Part shown: positions 8,744-16,361 of the stretch, in pieces
Position numbering within the stretch: position 1 is the first letter of the stretch
How the letters are laid out: each line of letters opens with the position of its first letter
NCBI GenBank assembly: GCA_048941015.1
Contig: JBHLNZ010000052.1
Location: forward strand, 1-20,232
Reading direction: 5' to 3'
Origin: Promethearchaeota archaeon
GTDB taxonomy: Archaea; Asgardarchaeota; Lokiarchaeia; Sigyniarchaeales; SOKP01
Length of the DNA: 20,232 bases
Program-made: the position numbers and the translations under genes
The notes under the pieces: generated by a model
Databases searched by the model: none
Seen by the model: the letters and a program-made list of their open reading frames with translations, nothing else
What the model was told of the DNA's origin: nothing

Positions 8744-9496
8744 ATGAATGGACAAAGAATTATGGCTTTAGTTAAAATGCAATTAAAAAAGATAATTAGA
8801 GAACCAGCGTACCTTTTTCTAATGTTATTATTTCCCGCAGCACTTACTTTTATATTTGGATTAGCATTTGGAACTTTTGAAACAGGAGTTCCTGGAATGA
8901 GTCAATTTGACATGATGGCTCCAGGGTTATTTGCATATGCTTGCATTTTTATTATCATGGTTGTCGCTCAGTCTTTTACTGATGATCGTGAGAATGGATT
9001 ATTAAAAAGAATAAATATAACTCCCACTACATCCGCAGAATTTATGGGAAGTCATGTTATCTCAAACACGATCCTTTCAATTATGCAGGTAGCAATCGTT
9101 GCGGTTTGTTCATTATTAATAGGTTTTAGACCCGAAGGAGGTATTGCAGGGTTTTTACTAGCTTTTATATTCATAATACTTCTTTCAGTTTGCTCAGTTG
9201 GATTTGGGCTTATCACTGCGAGTGTATCAAAAAGTAGTGGAACGGCAACAGGACTTTCATTCATCTTTATACTTCCACAGATGTTTTTCGGCACATTTGT
9301 ACCTTTAACTGATGCAACAAGGATTATTGCATTAGCTTTACCAAGCTACTACGCAACAGACGCGCTAACATTAGTCTTTACCGGAGCTTCACTAACAAAT
9401 TTAACAATTTGGATAAATTTGTTGATTTTGTTAGCAATGAGCGCAGCAATTATTATCCTAGGTATTCTAATATTCAAAAAATATGGTAAAATTTAG
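8744..9496 (+). CDS. ABC-2 type transporter permease
   Basis: About 6 hydrophobic helices, DRENGLLKRINITP (ABC-2 coupling motif), FFGTFVP and PSYYATDAL; starts after a 2-nt gap from the ATPase stop. Confidence 0.92.
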   Translation: MNGQRIMALVKMQLKKIIREPAYLFLMLLFPAALTFIFGLAFGTFETGVPGMSQFDMMAPGLFAYACIFIIMVVAQSFTDDRENGLLKRINITPTTSAEFMGSHVISNTILSIMQVAIVAVCSLLIGFRPEGGIAGFLLAFIFIILLSVCSVGFGLITASVSKSSGTATGLSFIFILPQMFFGTFVPLTDATRIIALALPSYYATDALTLVFTGASLTNLTIWINLLILLAMSAAIIILGILIFKKYGKI

Positions 9497-9518
9497 AATT
9501 AACTTTTTTTTTTAATTT
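9497..9518 (+). terminator. T-tract archaeal-type terminator between convergent genes
   Basis: T10 run at 9504-9513 directly after the permease stop codon. Confidence 0.5.
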
Positions 9519-10613
9519 TTATTTACTTCTTAACTCCTGTTTCTTTTTCATTATATTTTCATACAAATTTTCTAAATTCTGAGCAGGAATAGTTTCTTTT
9601 TCTTTCTTTTTAAGGGTTATAGCTCCTTCTGGGCAAGTTGGGACACAAATTCCACATCCTATACACCTTTTAAGAAGAACGTTTGCTTTATTATCCTTAA
9701 TTTTTATAGCATTAATATTGCAACGTTCTATACACGTCTCACATCCTACACATAATTCGGAATCTACTTCTGCATAAAAGTTTGATGAAATAACCCTGGA
9801 TGGACGAGGTATTTTTTGCAAATTTGTTAAAATTTGACAGCAGCAACTACAACAACTACAAATAAATTCAGGATTTTTAGTATTTCCAGCTTGCAGAGTC
9901 AACCCATCTCTCTGAGACTGATTTAAGATTTTAAGGGCTTCTTCTTTAGTGATCTCACGAGCCCATCCTTGATCGATAAATAATTTTCCTGTTGTACTAA
10001 AATACAAACAGGTTTCCCTTAAAGAGGTTGTTTTACAAGTTTTTCCGAATACTTCTTTCGCTTCTCGACAAACACATTTGGCAACTCCAATAGGCTCTAA
10101 AGAATTTTGAATTAGATTTCTGATCTCGTCGTATTCTGCTATAGAATGTTCAGGAGTAATACTTTCATCTATTGGTATTGTTCTAAATTGAGATATTTTT
10201 GTTCCTAATAACTCCGCACCATAAGCAGACAATAAGTACTCTTCAAAATCTTTTAAAAAGCCGGGAGTTAATCTATTTACTTGGTGCTCATAGATACCAA
10301 CAACAAGTGGAATATTAGCATACTTTTTTTTTCCATTATCTATTTTATATTTCAAAGTACCTTTTTTAACCATATTTTCTAAAGTAGATTCTAATTCGCC
10401 AATACTTATTCCCAAATCCTTAATCCGCTTATAGATATTTTCAAAAGAATCATAAGACCAACTCATAGCCATTGCTATAAGTGCTTCCATCTCTGTGAAG
10501 ACATGTTTTAAAAGCTTTATTTCAATACCTGTTTTTGTTGCGGGAAATCCAATAGGAAATTGATCCAAATGGATCTGTAGGTTACGGTAAATATCTGATT
10601 TATTTTCAGTCAT
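9519..10613 (-). CDS. Cys-rich 4Fe-4S binding protein with C-terminal 2x[4Fe-4S] ferredoxin domain
   Basis: CVGCETCIERC and CIGCGICVPTCP ferredoxin motifs; extra Cys cluster CVCR...C...C...ICSCCSCCC; helical N-terminal region (LESTLENMVKKG) resembling a winged helix. Confidence 0.88.
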   Translation of the reverse strand: MTENKSDIYRNLQIHLDQFPIGFPATKTGIEIKLLKHVFTEMEALIAMAMSWSYDSFENIYKRIKDLGISIGELESTLENMVKKGTLKYKIDNGKKKYANIPLVVGIYEHQVNRLTPGFLKDFEEYLLSAYGAELLGTKISQFRTIPIDESITPEHSIAEYDEIRNLIQNSLEPIGVAKCVCREAKEVFGKTCKTTSLRETCLYFSTTGKLFIDQGWAREITKEEALKILNQSQRDGLTLQAGNTKNPEFICSCCSCCCQILTNLQKIPRPSRVISSNFYAEVDSELCVGCETCIERCNINAIKIKDNKANVLLKRCIGCGICVPTCPEGAITLKKKEKETIPAQNLENLYENIMKKKQELRSK

Positions 10614-10733
10614 TTTTTAGTATCCTGATAACTTTTAAGACAAAAAGAAATTTAATGAAATAATATTCAACTTAAGTTTTTTTAAATTTATGTCATATAT
10701 AAAATTATAACTAACAAATGGAATGGAATAAAT

Positions 10734-11504
10734 ATGAAAATTGTATTTCATGAAAAATATTACAATTCAAATTATGCTATGGATCCAGCTGCTTCAGCAG
10801 GACGTCTTGAAGGAATTATAAATTTGATGAAAAAAGATACGGATTATGAATTCATTACACCGGAACCTGCCAAAAAAGAAGATATTCTTAGAGCTCATAC
10901 TGAAAAGCATTACAATTATGTTAAAAGAGACTCTTTATTATTTGAACTTGCTTCGTTAGCTGCTGGTGGAGCTATCTTAGCTGCTGAACAAGGTTATAAA
11001 GGAAATCCAACATTTGCAGTAATTCGCCCACCAGGTCATCACGCTTCAGCAGATTCATGTTGGGGTTTTTGTTATTTTAATAACATAAGTATAAGTTTAT
11101 TGAAGCTCTATTCGGAGGGAAAAATTAAATCTGCTTTTGTGTTAGATTTTGACCTTCATACTGGTGATGGAAACATCAATATCTTGAAAAGCAGAGAAGA
11201 TGATTTCAGAGTAAAAATACTTAATCCTTATTCTAGTGGTCATATTAATTATATCAAAGAAGTTGAGCAGTACATGGAGAACTTAAAGGATGTTGATATT
11301 TTTGTTGCGAGCGCAGGATTCGATCAAGGGATAGAAGATTGGGGGCATCTTTTATATCCAGAAGATTATACCGAATTAGGCAGATTAATGAAAGAATATT
11401 CAGAAAAATTATGTAAAGGGCGCAGATACGCTCTCTTAGAAGGGGGATATAATCATAATGTTTTACCTAAGAATGTAGATTCTTTTTGTCAAGGTTTTAA
11501 ATAA
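10734..11504 (+). CDS. Histone deacetylase-family (Zn-dependent) deacylase, compact form
   Basis: RPPGHHA, GFCYFNN, LDFDLHTGDG (Zn ligands D and H), SAGFD (Zn ligand D), LEGGYN (catalytic Tyr). Confidence 0.92.
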   Translation: MKIVFHEKYYNSNYAMDPAASAGRLEGIINLMKKDTDYEFITPEPAKKEDILRAHTEKHYNYVKRDSLLFELASLAAGGAILAAEQGYKGNPTFAVIRPPGHHASADSCWGFCYFNNISISLLKLYSEGKIKSAFVLDFDLHTGDGNINILKSREDDFRVKILNPYSSGHINYIKEVEQYMENLKDVDIFVASAGFDQGIEDWGHLLYPEDYTELGRLMKEYSEKLCKGRRYALLEGGYNHNVLPKNVDSFCQGFK

Positions 11505-11672
11505 AATTATTTTTTTTAATTAAATTCAAAAGAACTTTAAAATCAGGACAATTTATTTTGTAGGTTTTCTTAAAAATGTTAAGACAATTCTGTAAAGATA
11601 ATAATTGACACTTAAATACAATATTATCCTAAATTTTTTATAATAAATAAATAGAATTTTGATGAAATCAAT

Positions 11673-13595
11673 ATGAAATCAAATCGAAAAACAACTATAT
11701 TAATTCTTATAATTTTAGTAATAATTTTTGCCTTCTCCCCTTTGTTGATTAATAATCTAAAGTTTACTTCCAGAGATCGCGATATAGCTTCGAATCACAA
11801 AGATGAATTCGATTATGGAAATTTAAAAATATCAGGCATATCAGAAACAATTTATATCGATGGTAACTCTGGATGGATTGCCTTTGAAGCTGCTGGAAAT
11901 TGTACAGGAAACGGTACTATTTCGGAGCCATACGTAATAGAAGATTTAGAAATTGATGGCGGAGGTGGAAGTAGTGGAAATTGCATTTTAATACAAAACT
12001 CTGATGTGTATTTCAAGATCGAAAATTGTTCGACCTATTATTCAGGGGGAAGCTCGGGAAATGCAGGAATCAAATTATATAACGTTTCTAATGCCCAACT
12101 AATTGATAATTATTGCTACTCTAACGCTGAAGGAATTTATTTAGTTGACTGTTATAACAACACCATTTCGGGGAATACAGTAAGTGATAATTCTAATGGA
12201 ATATATCTATACAATAGTACTAATAACATAGTCACAGAAAATACTGCTAATGATAATATTTTGAATTATGCGGGAATAAATGTTATATTTAGTAATGATA
12301 ACATTATTTTGGGAAATATACTAAATAGGGATGGAATCCATATATCTCGTAGTATCAACAACACGCTTTCGGGAAATATCATGAATGAATGTGGGTTAAG
12401 ATTATATGGTTTTGATATTGAAGAAATCGATTCTCATAATATAGATATTACAAATCTAGTGAACGGAAAACCTTTGTATTATTACACTAATGAAGCAAAT
12501 TTGAAATCTAATGATTTTCTGAATGCCGGACAAGTTATACTAATCAATTGCAGTGATTCAATTATATCAAATTTAAATATTTCTTACACCTCTAGAGGAA
12601 TTTCATTACATTTTTGCCATAATAACGAAATTACAAACAATACTGTGAATAACAATCTTTTAAATGGCATACGATTATATTTAAGTGATAATAACAAAGT
12701 TTCAGGAAATACAGCCAATAATTGCACTGGTGAGGATGGGTATGGGATAGAATTAAGTTCAAGCGATTATAATATAGTATCGGATAATACAGCAAATAAT
12801 AATCTTGAAATATTTGGTACGGGGATAAGATTAAGAGGAGGCAGTGATAATAATCTGGTTTCGGGAAACACTGCAAATAACAATTATTACCCAGGAATTT
12901 ATATAGTGGATAGTATTGAGAATAATATTAAAGGAAATGATTTAAATTATAATGGCTATGGGATAATGGTTTATAGGAGCGACTCTAATAATATTGAAGG
13001 AAATATAGCAAAAAACAATCAATATGGCATCTATACCCTCTTAAGTTCTTATAACACGATTTTGGGAAACACCATGGATAATAACTATTGTGGAATAAGA
13101 ATTAGAACCGAAAGTAATGGCAATACAATTTTGAGAAACATAATAAATAACAACGATTATGGGATATATATAACGTATTTATCCAATAATAACACCATTT
13201 CGGAAAATTTTATAAACTATAATACTGTAGTGGGACTACATATTGATGTTAATTGTGCATATAATAATATATATCTTAATTGTTTTAATAATAATCTTAA
13301 TGCTCGCGATGACGGCTTAGAGAATCGATGGGATAACGGAGTTAAGGGGAATTACTGGGCAGATTATCCTGGCTTAGATAAAAATGGTAATGGAATTGGC
13401 GATACACCATACAGTATAACTGGTTCTGCTGGAAGTAAAGATAACTTTCCATTGATAAAATGTCCCCTTCCTCTAAGAGGAATAGGAGGAATTCCAATCG
13501 AGCTAATTATTTTAATTTCGATTATCAGTGGAGGAGCAGTGATAGGGGTAGTAACCATACTTCTAATTAGACGTAGAAGGAAAATAATAGAGTAG
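11673..13595 (+). CDS. Cell-surface right-handed beta-helix (NosD/CASH, pectin-lyase-like) repeat protein with C-terminal membrane anchor
   Basis: Signal peptide; many ~22-aa GIxLxxSxNNxIxGNxxxNN repeats; GTISEPYVIE and VNGKPLYYY inserts; NRWDNG..GNYWADY..D.NGNGIGDTPY..DNFPL cap; C-terminal hydrophobic helix plus RRRRK tail. Confidence 0.9.
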   Translation: MKSNRKTTILILIILVIIFAFSPLLINNLKFTSRDRDIASNHKDEFDYGNLKISGISETIYIDGNSGWIAFEAAGNCTGNGTISEPYVIEDLEIDGGGGSSGNCILIQNSDVYFKIENCSTYYSGGSSGNAGIKLYNVSNAQLIDNYCYSNAEGIYLVDCYNNTISGNTVSDNSNGIYLYNSTNNIVTENTANDNILNYAGINVIFSNDNIILGNILNRDGIHISRSINNTLSGNIMNECGLRLYGFDIEEIDSHNIDITNLVNGKPLYYYTNEANLKSNDFLNAGQVILINCSDSIISNLNISYTSRGISLHFCHNNEITNNTVNNNLLNGIRLYLSDNNKVSGNTANNCTGEDGYGIELSSSDYNIVSDNTANNNLEIFGTGIRLRGGSDNNLVSGNTANNNYYPGIYIVDSIENNIKGNDLNYNGYGIMVYRSDSNNIEGNIAKNNQYGIYTLLSSYNTILGNTMDNNYCGIRIRTESNGNTILRNIINNNDYGIYITYLSNNNTISENFINYNTVVGLHIDVNCAYNNIYLNCFNNNLNARDDGLENRWDNGVKGNYWADYPGLDKNGNGIGDTPYSITGSAGSKDNFPLIKCPLPLRGIGGIPIELIILISIISGGAVIGVVTILLIRRRRKIIE

Positions 13596-13672
13596 ATAAT
13601 TTTTTCTATATATTATTCTGTTATTTTTGTCAATGTTTTAAATAACTTAAATATGATATTTCAATTTAAGAT

Positions 13673-14074
13673 TTATAGATTTTTTTCGTCCTTAGATACC
13701 AAAACAATTATGCCACTGAGTAAAACTAGTATACCCCCGAATAAGGTAAGTCCGTGGGGTGGTAATAGAAAATATAATATATGGAAAGAATCATATAATA
13801 AGAAATTAATCGTAAGATTATTTATGATTACACAGATACCTGCTAATAGTAAAAGAATTACACTGACGTTTTTTTTCCCTGCTTTACCTATTCTTCCACC
13901 GATTATTCCTAAGATACCCATTAGGATTGATATAATTGCCCACATAAAATTCTGCAGGTTCTGAAATGCCGCGGGAGGCCCCATTATTGGGAGAAACCAC
14001 ATGATTGGCCACAAAATCACGAGTACACTTCCTACTAATCCTATGTTATAACCTATTTGGATTTTTGATTTCAT
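13673..14074 (-). CDS. Hypothetical 4-TM membrane protein
   Basis: Four hydrophobic Gly-rich helices. ATG at 14074 (MKSKIQ...) is preferred over the GTG at 14086 given in the ORF track. Confidence 0.7.
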   Translation of the reverse strand: MKSKIQIGYNIGLVGSVLVILWPIMWFLPIMGPPAAFQNLQNFMWAIISILMGILGIIGGRIGKAGKKNVSVILLLLAGICVIINNLTINFLLYDSFHILYFLLPPHGLTLFGGILVLLSGIIVLVSKDEKNL

Positions 14075-14100
14075 ATCTCTAACCACTTTTGATATTAAAA

Positions 14101-14237
14101 TGATTCTAATTTCGTTGAAATCTTAATACTTTAAATTTTGCGCTATTTCTATTTAAAAGTTTATGATTACTGAATTTCCTGATTACCAAAAATATCGATT
14201 CTTTCTCTCTCAAATATTTAATAATTAAAGAAAAAAA
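14101..14237. repeat. Non-coding direct repeat, copy 1 (~140 bp)
   Basis: Aligns with 15091-15234; by hand about 10 substitutions, one 6-nt indel and one 1-nt indel. Confidence 0.95.
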
Positions 14238-14267
14238 TGTTTAAATAAAAATTTAAAAAGAATTAAA

Positions 14268-14894
14268 CTAAAATTTTCTTGATTTTCCTTTATTATCGAA
14301 ATTCGCTATAGCTCCACTTCTGTTCTTAAACTCCCACTTTTTGCCAAAATCATTATAATTCCAGAAATGAGTATTACAAATTTTTATATCTGAAATATAC
14401 ATTCCAAAGATAGAATTTTCAAGACGTTGAGGATTTTTTCCATCAAGTCCGGGAGTATAGGATAATTTCATTTCTCCATAAGGCATAGTTATATGAAAAG
14501 TATTTCCTTCTTGATTTAAATTAATATCAACATACTTTATTCCCAAAACATCTTTTAGAATCATTCCATCCGGTATTCTATTGGCAAAAAGAGGCTCTAA
14601 ATATTTCCTTTGTTCTTCAGTAGTATTATTACTAATATAAACACCACCTTCTCCGCCTTTACTCAATACGTCAGCAGCTTTATTTGAATATAAATCAACT
14701 ACATGAATAGCCATAACTCCACTGATATCTACATCTCCTATTTTTCCCTCTTTATATTGAAATAATTGAAATGATTTACAAGGAGTTTCTCTATCTCGGC
14801 CAAAATAATATGAACAATGACCTTCTGATGCACATGCTTCATACCAGATACCTTTTCCACTCCAACTAATTCTTTCTTTTACTTCTTTAGACAT
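14268..14894 (-). CDS. DUF1326-like protein with divergent Cys motif
   Basis: W-x-x-x-G-x-x-x-E-A-C...C...C, EGKIGDVDISG, YISNNTTEEQRKYL, and a C-terminal FGKKWEFKNRS pattern match my recollection of DUF1326. SD GGGTGA upstream. Confidence 0.7.
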   Translation of the reverse strand: MSKEVKERISWSGKGIWYEACASEGHCSYYFGRDRETPCKSFQLFQYKEGKIGDVDISGVMAIHVVDLYSNKAADVLSKGGEGGVYISNNTTEEQRKYLEPLFANRIPDGMILKDVLGIKYVDINLNQEGNTFHITMPYGEMKLSYTPGLDGKNPQRLENSIFGMYISDIKICNTHFWNYNDFGKKWEFKNRSGAIANFDNKGKSRKF

Positions 14895-15090
14895 TATTTC
14901 ACCCTTTTTCTTTACAAATATGTAATAAATATAATATAGATAAGATAAAAAATAAATCCTTTTAATTTTATAAAAGAGCTGAGAATAATAGAATTAGAAA
15001 TAGATTTACTTCTGATTAGAGTAAAAAATCTTAAAAGTCTTAATTATTTAAGTTAGAAATTATTTTTGACCATTTTTTGTATAACCTATT

Positions 15091-15234
15091 TGATTCTAAC
15101 TTCGTTGAACTCTTAATGCTTTAAATTTTATTTTATCGCTATTTCTATTTAAAAGTTTATGATCTCTGAATTTCTTGATAACCAAAAATATCATTTCTTT
15201 CTCTCTCAAATATTTAATAATTAAAGCAAAAAAA
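15091..15234. repeat. Non-coding direct repeat, copy 2 (~144 bp)
   Basis: Aligns with 14101-14237 at roughly 90% identity. Confidence 0.95.
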
Positions 15235-15250
15235 TTCTTAAAAGAAAAAA

Positions 15251-15559
15251 TCATAAAATAATATTAAATAATATAAAAGCAATAACAAATATGATTATAA
15301 AGATGACTATACAATAACAACCAAACCATTTTATACGTTTTTTGTATGGATATATTAAACTCCCTATAACAATGGCCATGCCCAAAGCGATAATAGGAAT
15401 AGTGGCTAATCCAACGTTCTGTCCCCCAACAGGCGATAGAACAGTATGCGAAATAATACCCCCTACCATGATAAAAATTCCAATGATTATTAAAACAACT
15501 GCAACCCTTAAGTCTCGTCTATTCACAGTTTTTTCAGGTTGTTTAGAACTATCTTCCAT
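15251..15559 (-). CDS. Hypothetical 3-TM membrane protein
   Basis: ATG preceded by AAGGGGG; three hydrophobic segments with a basic KKRIK loop. Confidence 0.7.
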   Translation of the reverse strand: MEDSSKQPEKTVNRRDLRVAVVLIIIGIFIMVGGIISHTVLSPVGGQNVGLATIPIIALGMAIVIGSLIYPYKKRIKWFGCYCIVIFIIIFVIAFILFNIIL

Positions 15560-15799
15560 TTGTTTCCCCCTTTTTCAGATATTAAATTTATTATTGTGCT
15601 TCGCTAAGAAATTATTTATTTAATTATATTACACTAAGATGTACACCAAATATTTAAACATTTTTTATTTAGAATGGTTCAAGGTTTTAAATAAAGATAT
15701 TTACTAAAATTTTCTTCTTTATTTTACATCTCAAATAATATAACTTGGGTTAGAAGTAAATGACACAGCAATTCAAAGTAGTGACATAAATTTGGCTAA

Positions 15800-16285
15800 T
15801 TATTTTTGGCCATCTTTTGCTTTTTTTAATTCTTCTACAACACTTTCGACTTTTTCTCCACAGAAATGGCAAATTTCTTCATACCAGGTAAACATATTAC
15901 CACACTTTTTACAAGTAAAGCGATCTTTTTGATATGCCAACCATTCCGTTACTTTATTCTCTTTTAGCAAATTTCGATGTTGCAAAGCGAGTGTAAAGTG
16001 GGGATGATGGTCAGAAGGATCTTTTTCAGGAATTTTCTCACACGGATAATCTTCACACGTAAAACAATAATCTACATGTTTTTCTTTGGCACATGTACGA
16101 ATTTCGCATTCTGCACAATTCGGATACACGTGGTCTGATTTACAGCCGTGACATTCCAAATCCATGCCTTTACTCATCGTTTTCCATGGTTCTGGAATGG
16201 ATTCTGGACGGTTTTGCATATACGCTAATCGAATTATGCAACTGCCACAATATATTCCGCAATATGCATCAAAGATATCTTTCAT
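15800..16285 (-). CDS. DUF3795-domain Cys-rich metal-binding protein with C-terminal zinc ribbon
   Basis: YCGIYCGSC, CHGC, CAECEIRTCA, YCFTCEDYPC pattern, plus C-terminal CKKCG...CHFCG. Confidence 0.85.
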   Translation of the reverse strand: MKDIFDAYCGIYCGSCIIRLAYMQNRPESIPEPWKTMSKGMDLECHGCKSDHVYPNCAECEIRTCAKEKHVDYCFTCEDYPCEKIPEKDPSDHHPHFTLALQHRNLLKENKVTEWLAYQKDRFTCKKCGNMFTWYEEICHFCGEKVESVVEELKKAKDGQK

Positions 16286-16361
16286 TTGGGGTTTCCTTTT
16301 TAATATTTTATATTTAACACAGACTACTATCTAATTAAAATTAAAAAGATATTAACTTTGT

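Noticed and set aside
12150-13220. Recurrent AACACxxTTTCGGGAAA-like DNA motifs and AAT/AAC-rich codons as a DGR template/variable region or repeat array
   Set aside because: Explained by the Asn-rich beta-helix protein repeats; no near-identical pair differing only at adenines and no reverse transcriptase seen.
13653-13964. 103-aa plus-strand ORF (and likewise the 93-aa ORF at 15342-15623)
   Set aside because: Antisense to membrane-protein ORFs that have clear TM patterns and match the orientation of neighbouring genes.
14101-15234. Direct repeats as integron attC sites, CRISPR repeats or IS ends
   Set aside because: A GTTGAAC (GTTRRRY) exists in copy 2, but there is no long imperfect palindrome with properly spaced R''/R' boxes. 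There are only two long copies, no spacer array, no terminal inverted repeats, and no integrase, Cas or transposase gene in the window.
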